A DNA stretch of 64,000 nt from contig NC_058368.1 in NCBI RefSeq assembly GCF_018350175.1, positions 207,330,001-207,394,000 of the forward strand, in the 5' to 3' direction. This DNA is from Felis catus (Eukaryota). Shown here in pieces: positions 12,437 to 25,703 of this stretch. The translations under genes and the position numbers were made by a program. The number at the start of each line of letters is the position of its first letter. Positions within the stretch are counted from its first letter, which is position 1. The notes beneath the pieces were generated by a model. That model saw only the letters and a program-made list of their open reading frames with translations, was not told the origin of the DNA and did no database searches.

Positions 12437-12781
12437 TCAAATTTTAAACTTTAAGTTTCACTGAAATCTAAAATGGTGGGGGTGCTATAAACGCATTTGT
12501 TGCTTCCTAATGGATATTCAGACCAATAGTTTTCTTATTTCTTACATTCTTGGTGACCTTGTGATAGCAGTAGTGGAGAGAGGGTGTTTCTAAGAGAACA
12601 GGTTACCACTAAGTACATCTGAGTAAGATAGTAATTTTGATACAATGAAAATGTATTTACTTATTTATTGAAAAAAACACAACAAATTGCAGGGTTGGAT
12701 TTACACAGGTTAAAATTTAAACTGTTCAGAGAGTAAACCTTTCCAGGTCTCTTTGTGACTCAGCTACTATATATATACTTC

Positions 12782-13223
12782 TGTGTTATTTCAGGATTGC
12801 TTCGAAGTAGACATCAAGGCAGCATTTGATTTGCAAGAGAGTTACTGGAGGAGGGACAAGAAAAAGCAAGGAGATCCTTAAGATGGAAATGCAGGTCTGC
12901 CATCAGTGGAAGGCAAGGGGAGAGAAGGAGGATTGGCTTGGAGAGCTGCAGAGGGCAATGCAATTCTAAGAAAGATTCAGCCAGGCTGATGGGAACTCAG
13001 GGCTGGTGGAAAGTCCTGAGCCTCACAGCAATTGGCCTGCAGGAGTTTCCCCCAGCCCCTCCCACACCCTAAGCTCAGCCATTGGCTAAGAGCAGCTCTT
13101 GAACAGCATGACCCAGCACAGACAGTGATGAAGCCAGAGGGACAGCACCTGAGACGGTCAGTTATGCTCCCTACAACAGCCATAGGGACGACGCATCTCA
13201 ACGTTCACCACTCTGTAGCAACA
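12782..13223 (-). mobile_element. ERVL solo LTR (LTR16-like)
   Basis: atgcaggtctg, gaaggaggattgg, ttctaagaaagattcagccaggctgatggg and gctcagccattggct match recalled LTR16 motifs; TG...CA ends. Confidence 0.7.
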
Positions 13224-14533
13224 TAAGCATCGTCATAACCAAAGTTATGTGGAATGTGTTTGTTCATTCACTTATTGAACAAATCTTTATTAACCCTTCA
13301 CTATGTGTCGGGCATCCTGCCTCGTATTATAGACTCTACAGAAAACAATCACGATCTCTGCCCTCATAGACTGGATGGTATAGCATATTAAGTCCCTTGA
13401 AAATACTGCCTGAGCTTGAGGGTCTCCTAGGCTAAAGACACGTTGCCTGTTTCTCGTGGTTAAGAAAATGACAATTTTTGGATCTTAATTCATGGTGTCT
13501 ATTTGGAGTTAAGTGTGTTGTCATTTACTTATTAGAATCTGCACAGAAATTCATCACAAGCATATAAAATGATCCTGCCTGTGCTCTATCCTAATCTTTT
13601 GATTTTAATATACTGGGTTGAGTAATTATGCAAGCCCGTGTTTCTCAAATGTGTTTGCTTGCATGACTATTCCGAACCCTGTGTCTTTTTGAGTTTTTCC
13701 TCCAATAATTGAGTATGACATCTAGAATAGGTGATGACAGAGCCATAGAAAGAAAGGGGAATATAGCAGAGATGAGAAGAAACCGTCCTAGTTCCCCCGC
13801 CCAAAGTCATTTCCTTTTCCTACTTCAGCTTAAGCTCATTCCCATGCACTAAAAAGCCTGAAATTCCATCATTAAAAATCAACCCCTTTGAGATAAGGAT
13901 CAGCTTCCCCAGGCCTTTTTTGTTTTTTTTTTTTTTCAAATTGTAAATATTTTGAGAGAAATAATATACACATCACTCACACCTTTGTGTGGATGCGGCC
14001 ATCAGCCCACTTTTCCTGCTCATAGGATGAGGGGAAAGAGTGTCATGTTGGGTTCACTGGATGCCTGGAAGTGAGAGGGATCAGAACTGATAAGCCTGTC
14101 TGTGGTTAAGGCAGAGAAAGTGAAAAACACGAAGTTGCAACATCCTCAGTGAGATGGAGGGTGATCGTAAACTTGGTTTGCAAGAACCCAACGAGAAGAT
14201 TATTTCTGAACATATTCTGGCATTTTTCTTGTGTTATCGCTGCAAAGGCATGCAAAGCAACACACACTTCAAACCAATCCTGATTATGTAGAACAGGGAA
14301 AAACTAGATAATACCAACCTAACAAGTTGAATAACTAAGGCAGTTTCTGTTTATATTCAGAGTTACCCTCAAGCAAAATTGTTTAGTAGGTGAAAATGGG
14401 TTTGGATGGCCCCTGGCTTGCTTTTGACACCCACCGATTGCTTTTTGTTCATCCAATTGAAGATCCTATATCCTGACCTCTACCCAGGTGTCCCTACCAC
14501 TGGATCATGTTCAGGATCATTTCCAGCTTCCTG

Positions 14534-14566
<33 letters not shown>
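14534..14566. repeat. (CAT)n trinucleotide microsatellite
   Basis: Direct read, about 11 units. Confidence 0.95.
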
Positions 14567-14589
14567 ACAGCAGTACCCACCAAGTGCTT

Positions 14590-14770
14590 CATCTATGCCC
14601 AGCATTTTACATGTATTATCACATCTAACACCCACAGCCCCATAGATACCTCGGTTCTGTTATTATCCCATTTCATGGATAAGTACATTGAGGCTCAGGA
14701 AGTTTCAGTAACTTGCACAGAAGAGCTGAGATTTAAATACAGACTCGTCTGGCAGCGAAGCCAATGAACT
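14590..14770 (-). mobile_element. MIR
   Basis: tattatcccatttcatggataagtacattgaggctcag reverse MIR core. Confidence 0.7.
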
Positions 14771-15159
14771 TATCTCATGCTTGGTCAATTCTGGCTACCA
14801 GTTTGGGGTGGTGGGCACTGGGCACATTCCAAAATCTATCCAAGGGAGTGGTTCCTCCTCACATACAACTCTGAATATTCCGGATGCTTCTTTGTGGTAA
14901 TACAATACATGCACTTGTGCATAAGCTGAAGACATGACTTGCCCTTACTGGACTGGGCTTGAGAAAACTTGACACAGGATCCATTTCATATCAATTAATC
15001 CTGGGCCAAAATTGGGAATCTATTTGAATTTTCTGTAATAATTCAGAATTATTCCTCCCACGGTTTTGTACTTCCATCTTCAACATAGTTTCTAGGTAAA
15101 AACTGGAATTTAATATTCTTTTTCTTTGGGAGAGACTATCACAAATGGAGAATTCTTTC

Positions 15160-15380
15160 TTTTTTTTTTTTAATGTTTATGTATTTTTGAGAGACAGAGA
15201 GAGACAGAGCATGAGCAGGGGAGGAGTAGAGAGAGATGGGGGGAGATACAGAATCTGAAGCAGGCTCCAGGCTCTGAGCTCCAGGCATAGAGCCCAACGT
15301 GGGGCTCGAACCCACAAGCCATGAGATCATGACCTGAGCTGAAGTCGGATGCTCAGCTGACTGGGCCACCCAGGTGCCCC
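15160..15380 (-). mobile_element. CanSINE
   Basis: T tail, (GA)n, reverse head ccacccaggtgcccc. Confidence 0.95.
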
Positions 15381-15519
15381 AAGAACTATTTCTATCATGA
15401 CCTCCTGGTATGATTTCCAAGCAGATGTGATGAGGCCATAGGAATGGCCTGGTGTGCATTTTTAAACCTAAATCAAGCCACGTGACTGATTAAATAATAA
15501 GTAGCCACTATTTGTGGTA

Positions 15520-15640
15520 CATTAATTCATTCAATACACATTTAATGAATGTCTTCTCTGTGTCGGGCACTGTACTAAATTCTGGGAATACAATGGGGAA
15601 GAGAGATATTTCCTGGCCTCACAAAACCTACAGTTTACAA
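15520..15640 (-). mobile_element. L2 3' end
   Basis: attcattcaatacacattt...tgtgtcgggcactgtacta. Confidence 0.65.
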
Positions 15641-15679
15641 TCCCAATACCCAATATGCATTGGTAACAACCACATTCTT

Positions 15680-15880
15680 TGAGTACTCATGTGCTTGATG
15701 CTTCACATAAATGAATTCTAATCCTGACTACAATCGTGTGAAGTAAGGAGTAGACAATAGCTCCATTTTACAGATAATGAAACTGAGATTCAGAGGGGTT
15801 AAGTAATTAGTTCAATGACATGTGGCTAGTAAGGACAAGAGTGGGAATCCAAACCAGCTATGTTTGACAAGAAAGTCCCT
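15680..15880 (-). mobile_element. MIR
   Basis: ccattttacagataatgaaactgagattcagaggggttaagtaa. Confidence 0.8.
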
Positions 15881-15945
15881 TCTTTCCATCATGTTATTAA
15901 CTATAAAGTAAGAGTGAAGGAATTTCATTGTGGTCCCAGCCTTCA

Positions 15946-15948
<3 letters not shown>

Positions 15949-16018
<70 letters not shown>

Positions 16019-16020
16019 AC
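15949..16020. repeat. Compound (CT)n(CA)n microsatellite
   Basis: Direct read. Confidence 0.97.
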
Positions 16021-17202
16021 ATGCGCACAAAGTAGCTGTTCTGGGGCCTAAAGAAATCCCTTTACCACTTTATGTTTCATCTATCTGTGAAATGGAAATG
16101 ATAGCTGCACTTTTACAGGAAGGTTTAAATGAGCAAAAAGCTATTAAAGTGCTATGAAAACATTTATAAATACTAAATATCAGTATTAATTTAATAATGT
16201 GTTCCATTTTTATAATTCTCCAAAATTCCCAGTTAAGATGAGTAAGTATTCCTCTTGTAACTTAAGTGTGTATGGAGAGCCTTCTCTCCATCTAAGTGAT
16301 GTTTTAAGCAAAAATTAGGGTTGCCTTTGGCTTCTCATTGGCAAACCTCAGTTCTCTGGAAAACTGTGCCAGTGAGTATGATTCAGTTGAAAATCAATTT
16401 GACTAAATTGGTGATAAAATAAAAGTTCTGCCCATTTCAATAAAGCACAGTAAAAAGAAAACATTTAAGTATATATAAAACAATTAGCACAGCATCTGGC
16501 ATATTGATTTTGCTGACTAAATTGGATATTTATATGGTTCCAGTTTTCCTGGCTTAGCTCCAGTTTACGTTGTAATAGTAATAGCTTTCGCTTTTAATTA
16601 ATAATAGGATTATTAATTAACTAGCGGAGTTGCCAAACCAGAAGAAACCCGTCTGGAATACGCTAATTTTGCTGAATTATAAGCCAGAACTCGAAAGATA
16701 TTGCTCAAAGACTAAAAAGCTATCTATATGATCGGAAGCCTAATGAAGTGCTTTAGAATCATCTGCCTCCACTCACACTCTCCCTGGGGCCCATGGACAA
16801 TTCCAGTAAGGATTGGCACAGGGTGAGGGGCCACCAATTTTGGAAGGTTAGAATCATGAAATCTTAAAGCACCGTGCCTACATTTGACTCCAGAGTCTCC
16901 ACTCTTCCCAGTTGATTCCATGGTGTCAAATAAAGGTTAGAGAAGGTGTTACACTGAAATCATCAGCACCCCTGTTAAAGACAATCTGCCTCCCAGCACT
17001 GATGAATCCCTTTCCACCAGCACCCAGATGAATTCCTTTAGAAAAGCAGCAGCCATATATCATTGTTTTCTCTTAAAATAATCATATTCAGAAACCATGC
17101 CCCTAATATTTGGGTTCCTTAATATCTGAGAGCCAGGAAGATACCTTTCAGTGAGCTAAAGCATCTAGTTATTAAGTGGAGTCCTAGTAGTTAGAGTTAA
17201 AA

Positions 17203-17400
17203 TGGTGGCTCTCAAAGTGTGGTACCCAGAACTGCAGCAACATCACCTAAAAACCTGCTAGAAATGCAAATTCTCAGGGTCCTCCCCCACCACCCTGCCA
17301 GACTCACTACATCAGCAGCTTGTGGTTGGGCCCAGCAATCTGCATTTTTTAACAGACCTTCTAAGCAACTTTGATGCGAGCCAAACTTTGAGAACCACCA
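17203..17400. mobile_element. MER5A hAT-Charlie non-autonomous DNA transposon, full length
   Basis: Terminal inverted repeats tggtggctctcaaagt / actttgagaaccacca; internal tagaaatgcaaattctcagg and gggcccagcaatctg. Confidence 0.9.
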
Positions 17401-18678
17401 AGCTAATGCAAGTCCCCATCAGTTCTGATTTATTCTCAGGATGTAAAAACGATTGCAGCTTTAGCTTACATGTCATGAAGTAGAAAATTCAGCAACTAAA
17501 AGACAAAGTTGGGTCTGATAGGAGATCAACTTCCTTGATGGAATCTCTGTATGAAGTTTCAAAATATGGAAAATTGAGCTCTGAAATGTTATGATGTTGG
17601 TATTGGCAACCAGTACTGCTGAATTGCAGAGAAATACAGGATCCTCCTGCTGCTTCCTTTTCGCTGAATTCCTTTCTAGCCTCTTGGAAAGGTTCCCTTG
17701 AGGCATTTCTGAAAATATAAACCTCGCCATGTAAATGAGTTGTTTACCCTCCGATCATTTGTTAGAAAGCATTGAATTTTGCTGAATCAGGAGTAATTGC
17801 TTTTGACAAGCATACACATAAAACAGTAAGTGATACTGAAAATACTTGGTGCAAGTCTCAAAGCTTGGAACACTCTAGACTCTTAATAATGGGTCATGCC
17901 ATTTGGCACATCTTTTCATGTAATCTTAAACGAAGTCAGGCCAACCAGCAGAATACTGAAAAGTGAGTCCTGAAACTTGAACACAAATGAGATGTTATCC
18001 TGGTAGAAAGAGTGAATACAAGGCACATGAGAGACTTCAAGATGGGGGGCTTGTAAATATAAGGAGTTTAACCCAGTCTGTCTCAATACTACTTAATTAG
18101 GAAGGAAGAAATCTACAGAGGGAAAATATGGCTTCAAGGAAGCGGTCAATTTTTGAGTGCTCCAGGACTAGGAAAAAAAAAGAGAGAGAGAGAGTAACAT
18201 TTTTTTTTTTAAAGAGCAAACATAAGCTACTTTCAAAAATAAATGTGTCATATTCTGAACATAGTTGCGTTTTTATCCTTCAGTTTGTTTATTTATCCAA
18301 TTTACCTCATTTTCTTTATTTTTAATTATGAAAGTATTAAATGCCAGTATTACATTCAAATATAGAGAGTACAAGGTAAAATATTTTATTCTTTTCTACC
18401 CTTATTCTAAAAGGTAGCCACTGAAAATTGTTTGGAATGTATATTTCCAGGTGATTATATATACATGTGTATACATTTGAATCGTATTTCTGTTTATTAT
18501 TCTGTCATAGCACATAAAATTGGCTGGATGAATATTCACCAAATTTGGAGTACATATAGTACATATTTGAAGATACCTTAGAACAAACAAAGAGTAGCTT
18601 CAAATATATGCCTCAGATCAAACATTAAAAGGGGAAATATTTAAATTCCATCTATTTTTATTTGGGATTGAGCTTCTT

Positions 18679-18901
18679 TTTTAAAATTTTTTTTAAATGT
18701 TTTTTATTTATTTTTGAGACCGAGAGAGACAGAGCATGAGTAGGGAAGGGGCAGAGAGAGAGGGAGACACAGAATCTGAAGCAGGCTCCAGGCTCTGAGC
18801 TGTCAGCACAGAGCCCAACGCAGGGCTCGAACTCATGGAGTGTGAGATCATGACCTGAGCTAAAGCCAGATGCTCAGCTGACTGAGCCACCCAGGCACCC
18901 C
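18679..18901 (-). mobile_element. CanSINE
   Basis: Full length; TSD ggattgagcttctt (18665-18678, 18904-18917). Confidence 0.96.
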
Positions 18902-19049
18902 ATGGATTGAGCTTCTTATATGGGCACTGATCTGCAGTCTGCAGCAAGATAAGTTAAGCAGGTGGTTTTTTTTTTTTAATTAATAATATTTAGATATCTC
19001 CTGAGAAATAATGGACAAAATAGCCTTGCTTTATATTTATTGTAAATAA

Positions 19050-19520
19050 GGCACTGTACATATTATCACATATCATGTATTCTTTTCACTTATCTCTGTC
19101 TGTTGTGAACAACTTTGCATGTTAGTTTACACAGATTTACTTCACTCCTGTGGAAATAGAAAAACAGCCATCATACAAACATATCATGTACCATGATTTA
19201 TTAAATCTTTCCTCTGTTGATAGGCTTTGGATTGTTTCCTTTTATTTGCTGTTGTAAATGATCCTTCAATAGCCATCCCTGTACATTAATCTCTGTGTAT
19301 TTTGGTGAGCATTTTAGTAGAATGGATTCATAGAGGTAGGCTTTCTGGATAAAAAGGAAGGGACATTTAGAGTAATAGGCAAAGCATACTGTTAAAAGAC
19401 AGGAGAGAATGAGAGCTTCTACATCCCCACATTGTCACCAAATCTGAATTGTAGCACTGTTAAAATGCTAGTTGGAAAAGAACAAAAGTTGGAAATACTT
19501 TTGTTCTAGTTCTGTTTTGA
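19050..19520 (-). mobile_element. Old L1 (L1M) 3' fragment
   Basis: ggattgtttccttttatttgctgttgtaaat resembles the reverse L1M 3' region. Confidence 0.55.
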
Positions 19521-19554
19521 AATGAATTTCTTTGTTAAAGGATTTGAAAATAAT

Positions 19555-20700
19555 TCTGTAGTTTGCCTTTTCACTTTCTCAGTGGTGAAGTACATTAAAC
19601 ACAAAGTTTTTTATTTTGAAGAAATATAACTTATCTTTTATCTAAGAAACCATTGCCTACTCCAAGGTCAAAAAGATATACTCCTATGTTTTCTTGTAAA
19701 AATTGTATAGCTTCAGCTCTTCCATTGAGGCCTTTGATCCATTTTATAATTTTATATATGGTGTGAGGTAGGAATCCAGTTTCTTTCTTCTGCAAGTGGA
19801 TACAAATTGTCCCAGCTCCATCTGTTGAAAAGACTATTATTTTCACTATCGAATGGGAGGAAAACTGGGAAATATGAGTCTGTTAACTCTGTTTCTTTTC
19901 ACAATTATTTGTTATCCAGCTCCCTTGTATTTCGATATGAATTTTATGACAACTTTGTCAATTTCTGCAAAAGCCATCTGGGATTTTGAGAGGGATTGCA
20001 TTGGCTATGTAGACCAATTTGGTGTGTATTACAATCTTAATATTATCCTCTGATCCATAAACATGGAATGTCTTACTATTTATTTAGATCTTTTAAAATT
20101 ATCTTTTCAACAAAGTTTTATAGGTTTTAGAGTGTGCGTTACATTTATTTTGTAAATTTATACGTAAGTACTTTTGATGCAATTGTAAAGGAAATTCTTT
20201 TCTTAATATCCTTTTTGGACTGCTCACTGCAAGTATATAGAAGGACAGTTTATCTTTGTGTATTGTATTCTAGAGGTATCTTCCAACCTTGCTGGATTTG
20301 ATATCAATTCTAAGAGATTTTTCATGGGTCCCTCAGTATTTTCTAAATATAAGAACAAGTCATTTACAGACAGTTTTATTTCTTCCTTTCCTCTCTGGAT
20401 GCCTTTTATTTCCATTTACTTGTCTAACTGACCTGGCTAGGACCTCCAGAACAATGTTAAATATATAAAGTACAAGCAAACTTCCTTGTATTGCTACTGG
20501 TCTTAGCAGAAAATAATCTTTCATCATTAAGTAGGGTGTTAGCTGTGGGTTTTTCATAGATGCTCTTTATCAGACCAAAGAAGTTCCCTTCTGTTCTTAG
20601 TTTGCTGAGTATTTTTATCATGAAGGACTGTTAGATTTTGTCAAATTCTTGTTCTGCATCTATGGAGATAATCAGGATGGTTCTGTCCATTATTCTATCG
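19555..20700 (-). mobile_element. L1 ORF2 remnant (RT and C-terminal parts, disrupted)
   Basis: Minus-strand peptides [37 protein letters not shown] and KWIKGLN..QENIGVYLFDLGVGNGFL resemble L1 ORF2p; frameshifts and deletions present. Confidence 0.92.
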
Positions 20701-21029
20701 ATAGCTCAAGTGCCACAGACTCACTGTTTTTACTGAGATTTAGTAGATTTTCTTGAAAAAAAGTTTTCATTTGCTGGATGCCCTTCAGACAATTTCCAGG
20801 GACTTTTAAATGTTTTTTTCTTTTACAATTTTTACCCACTTGCCTGTTTCAGTGGGGAGCAGGTCAACAGAGCTTCTCTTACAACCATGGGGACATGTAT
20901 TTAATTTATTCTTATTTTTTATAATTTTTGTCATCTCAATAGGATATAAGATGAAGGGAAAGGTGAAATTCAAGCTCAAACCACTGTCTCCAGAAGCTGA
21001 AGTGAGAGGAAAGGAAGTATAATAGGTGA

Positions 21030-21240
21030 ACACGGCTGGGGAGCCAGACTGAGTCCAAATCCCAGCACCACTGAGCAAATTACATTCCGTGCCTCTGTTG
21101 CTTTATCTGTAGAATGGGAACAATAATGGTATTCACCTCATTAGATGATTGTGAAGAGTAAGTGCCTTAAAATATGCAAATCAATAAGAACAGTATTTGA
21201 CACATAGTAAGCCATAAGTAACAGTTGTTATGATTATTAT
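21030..21240 (+). mobile_element. MIR
   Basis: gagccagactgagtccaaatcccagc...atctgtagaatgggaacaataat. Confidence 0.75.
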
Positions 21241-23321
21241 TTTATTTAAAATGTTTCTAATACCGGGTTAGCTATCCTAAACCAGTGAATCGCAAACATA
21301 GCTGTATATCAGGCATTTGATTATCCTTTTGAAAATGCAGAATCATGACTGTTCCTACAACTATCCCCACATCAGAGTCATCAGGAAGGCTGTGGCAAAG
21401 GTCACAGTTCCCAACCTAGCATCAGTCTATAAAGAATCATCAGGGAGCCACATACCCAAATTTTTGAAAAGCCTATTTACCTAATGACATGTTGACCAAC
21501 TTGGATTTATGAAATTTTATGGTTTTAATCATTCATTCATTCATTCATTCATTTAATACACTTTTAGCAAACACTCACTTATGTTGAAGCACTACGCAAG
21601 GATTTCAGGATGAACTGGATGCAGTAATTCCCTCTAGAAATTCACATACGTGAATTTGTATAGTCAATATATTCACAAGTAATTGGAATATAAGGCAGTG
21701 TAAAAGTGCCACATGAAATGTCCATCGACTGTGGCAAGGAAAACTTCTTCGAAGAGAAGGGTCCCAGGCTAACCCTTAAAAATGTCCCAGACATACATTG
21801 GGGAAGGGAAGACATCAGCCCTTGCTTGCCTACAATGACAAATTCTTTCTCCCAACCAACTTCAGAGGGGTGTTCGGTTCTCACGGATCTATCTCACCAT
21901 GTTGAAAAGAAAAGAAGGAATGACAAAACGAGTCTCAGTGACTGGATGCGGAGTCCAGGGTGCTGGAGGCAGTCAGCGGGGGCAAAGCCATCAGACTTCC
22001 TTCTGGCTAAGGGCCCAGCTTCAAGTTACAAATCCCACCACTCATCCTTCACCTGCTGAAAAAGTGATTTTCATATCACCATGTCTCTTGTCACTGAGCT
22101 TGAGCCTAAACGTTTTGGGTCTGGGCAGATATTTGGAGTGGAGGTTAACTGACAAACACATAGATGCCTTCCAGTACCAAGATATGAACTAAAAGTGAAC
22201 CTGGACGAAAGAATAAACTGCCCACCCAGAAAGCCATATAACCCATGCTCGAATTTAACAGGAGAAGAAAAATAAACCACTGCCATTTACTTTGAGCAGG
22301 GCGCTAGAAAGAATGTGGAAGACTGTTGAATCATCTGCTCACTTCTCAGCTTGAAATGCATTTTTGTTTCTTCTAATCCTGTTCCTCTCAACCTCCCTCC
22401 ACTTTACAGAGGCAAGGAGATGGAATGCCCAGAGCAACCATAGCTGTTTCAGGTTGGGAGTGGGTGGCAGCATGGCTTCTCCCTGAGACTTGGCAGCTGA
22501 CCTGTTGGGCTATGGCCTCATGCCATGCGTACGTCATCCAAATGGCCTGCGGCACAGCCAGCAATCACACAGGAGGGCAGGGGCGCCGCCCCCAGAAGAG
22601 CTCACTGTACCCTCTTGAGAGGAACACTGCTCCACCCACTCTCACTGGCCAACGTCTAGGGATCAGGGATTGGAAAAAAAAAAATGTGGCTAAAAGCAGT
22701 TCTTCTTTTAGAACAGGCGTTTATCCTCTTAGGTTAACATCCTCTTAAAGATCCGCCTCAGTCCCTCAGACAGAAGCTCACGTTGCTGGTTGCAAATAAA
22801 TCCGTATAAATTGCTTTGAAGGCAGAGGAAGCTAGGTGCGCCTTTCACCTCCTCCTAAATTCTGGTCCTTGAGAGAAATAGGTTGGCAATGGGGCAGTGG
22901 CTCTATCTAGCCAAGGGAAAAAAAAAATTCCTGCAGAGTCCATGCCAATAATCAATCTGGAATCCCCTTCCCTTCACTGTCACTCAATCAGAAGTGTTTC
23001 CCCTGACTTCTTGAGCACACACTCCTCCATCTGTCCTCTTCCCAGCTTTATGCCCCCTTCAAGACAGACTTCGTGTTCATGGCCATCCGAGTTCAGCTCC
23101 ATAAAAGACGTTCTCATCCTGTCTTTATGTGAAAATTTGATGCAGCAATTCCCTTCAGAGTTTGTTCATCGTGGGGTTTTTGCATTAATTTTTGTATTTT
23201 TAAATGTCGCCTTCAAATATCGTCTCCTTGTTGACTGAGTTTCTTGATGCACGTAAATTTGCTCCTGAGGCTGGTGATTCCCTAGCCTCACCCTAGTTGT
23301 AGCCCTGATCAGCAAAGTTAC

Positions 23322-23378
23322 TTTTTTTTTTATTAAGTTTTAATTTTAATTCCAGTCTAATTAACATACAGTGTTATC
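23322..23378 (-). mobile_element. Short L1 3'-tail fragment (carnivore type)
   Basis: T tract followed by ttttaattccagtctaattaacatacagtgttat, the same motif as at 47460. Confidence 0.7.
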
Positions 23379-23929
23379 CTTTTGAAGATTGGACTAACCA
23401 CTGTCCTCCATCGGTCATGGCCCCAAGAGTCAAAGCTCTTTGAAAGTATTAATATATCTGTGAAGACGTGGGATTCCAATAACAGACTCCTTTGTACAAG
23501 AGTCGGTGGTACTGGAACCTAGACAGAAGAGTATGCCTACCTCTCCTCCTACAGCTATGTTTCTATGGAATTCTTCAAGGAATGTTCTAGAAAACATTTG
23601 AGTCTTGCCTAAAGACAAATTCTCTGTAACATCATTTCTTTGTTCTTGTGTGAAGTTTTACTATGAAGTGCTCCTATAATAAATATAAAATTGTAGAGTA
23701 CAATGAAGAGAATGTCTTGAGGGAAATATTATTTATTCTGAGATAATAGTCTCCTGCTGGTATGTGCATACTGATCAAGCACATTGGAAACATTATGGAA
23801 AATAAATGATGAAGCAAAGCTGACGAGTTTATTTTCAAAGAGGGAGGCATGGATCCCATAATCGCTTTCTGCTATTGGGACTGTTTCTGATATTCCATAT
23901 GATTGATGCATGTTTAATGACTTTTAGCT

Positions 23930-24430
23930 GATGTGTCCAGGAACTGCGCAAACGCAGTGGTGTAATTTAGTGCATGCTTCTCTCTTAATAAGTAAAGATT
24001 GCTTATCTCCAAAGCAAAGATCTTGCTTTGAAACTTAGGCTACTCTTGGAAAATCAGCTGGCGTGGCTGCTTCCACTTGAGGGATTCGGTCCAGTCTCCC
24101 GGTTTGACGTAATGGTCCCTGTGCTCCTAATAACATCTACATTTGTGGGAAACTTCTGTGCGGGTGGTTTTATCCATATGCTTACAACACAATTCTGGGG
24201 TGGGTTAGACAGTTATTAGTTGTTTTCCAGTCTCACAGGGGAGGACGTTGAGGCAAAGAGTGGATAAATAAAAATGTGTGGTTGTGTGTTTAGTCAGTGC
24301 CGGGCTCAGGACTATATGCTCCAGTCTTCTGAGTGTATAGGCTGTGCTCTTCCTATCTCTAAATGAAAAATTGTGATTAATTTTCGTGCTTAGATTATCA
24401 ATACATCCACATCCACGGGGTTCCATCTAT
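23930..24430. promoter_or_regulatory. Candidate enhancer
   Basis: Repeat-poor and CpG-retaining; GATA cttatct 24002, E-box cagctg 24055, CRE-like tgacgtaa 24105, RUNX tgtggtt 24277, AP-1-like ttagtca 24290. Confidence 0.3.
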
Positions 24431-24719
24431 TTTATAGCCCTAATATAAACCCCTGATTTTATCTTCCTTTGGTTTCCTGGAGAGCATAGCCCATGTCTGA
24501 GTGCTCACTTCCATTTTGGCTTGCTTTTTTTTTTTTCTTCTATTTTTCTATTGTTATCTGGTTTCTACTCCTTAACTCTACTGAGACATCCTTCCACTTT
24601 CAGAATTCAAGGAGGAGAATGGGCAGCAGAAATAAGAGAAACCTTTCCAAGTGTTGGTGTCTGAACTGATTTTACCAGAAACAGGGTAAGACAATCAACC
24701 TACAGGGTCAGATTTTTCT

Positions 24720-25620
24720 TCAGGACATTTTTTTTCTTTTCTTATATTTGTCACTGCTCTTTCTCATTTATTCTGATCTCTTCCTCTGGAACATACATCA
24801 TTCGTAGTTTGAGATGCCTTCTATGTCTTTCGTATCTTATCTCTTCTGAAATCATTTTTGTCTCTTTGCCCCTTCTAATTCTGGAACACATTTTCAAGTG
24901 AGTCTTCCAATTGACTGCATTTATTTCCTACAGTTTCCACTGTGATCCTTCTTCTAAGGTAAATGTCATCCTATGACCCTAGTTTAGTTTTCTCTTACTC
25001 TTTCCCTATCACGTTCACAGTTCCCTATTTATTTCTACCTGCCTCCCAGCCACAAAAGTTTTGTTTTGTATTTAAACCCCAGTCTGGGGGCGCCTGGGTG
25101 GCGCAGTCGGTTAAGCGTCCGACTTCAGCCAGGTCACGATCTCGCGGTCCGTGAGTTCGAGCCCCGCGTCGGGCTCTGGGCTGATGGCTCAGAGCCTGGA
25201 GCCTGTTTCCGATTCTGTGTCTCCCTCTCTCTCTGCCCCTCGCCCGTTCATGCTCTGTCTCTCTCCGTCCCAAAAATAAATAAACGTTGAAAAAAAAATT
25301 AAAAAAAATTTTTTTTAAATAATAATAAAATAAAATAAACCCCAGTCTGCTCTCATACCATCTCACATTTAATCTCTTAGTTCACAGAACCCAAATGTTC
25401 TTGATTTTCATGAAGAATCAGAGCAGGTACTTGTAAGATTAATTCTCACTTCTGCAAACGCTCGCAGTTTCCATAGCACCTCTATGTAAAACTTCTGCTT
25501 CCATGTTACGAAAGCTTTTAATGGCCCTTCATGCTGTTTTGTTTGGTTATACATGTATGAATGAGAAAATAAACATTGGGGAATCCCTGTAAACAGGGTG
25601 AGTAGATGTTTCAAGGTTCC
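24720..25620 (-). mobile_element. Ancient L1/HAL1-like remnant interrupted by a SINE
   Basis: T/C-rich sequence with ctcttcctctggaac, similar to reverse ORF1-type regions; weak match. Confidence 0.4.
25087..25335 (+). mobile_element. Young SINEC_Fc CanSINE
   Basis: CpGs intact; TSD taaaccccagtctg (25073-25086, 25336-25349). Confidence 0.97.
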
Positions 25621-25632
25621 TAGGTTGCTCTT

Positions 25633-25672
25633 TTTTGTTTTTTAATGGTTATTTATTTATTTTGAGAGGAGG

Positions 25673-25703
<31 letters not shown>

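Noticed and set aside
14406..14767. Poly-His and poly-Ile ORFs
   Set aside because: Produced by the (CAT)n microsatellite next to a MIR
21706..22059. 117-aa ORF as an exon or retrogene
   Set aside because: No recognisable homology, no polyA/TSD signature, non-ATG start
25087..25165. tRNA-like A/B box sequences
   Set aside because: These are the tRNA-derived heads of CanSINEs, followed by SINE body, tail and TSD; they are not tRNA genes
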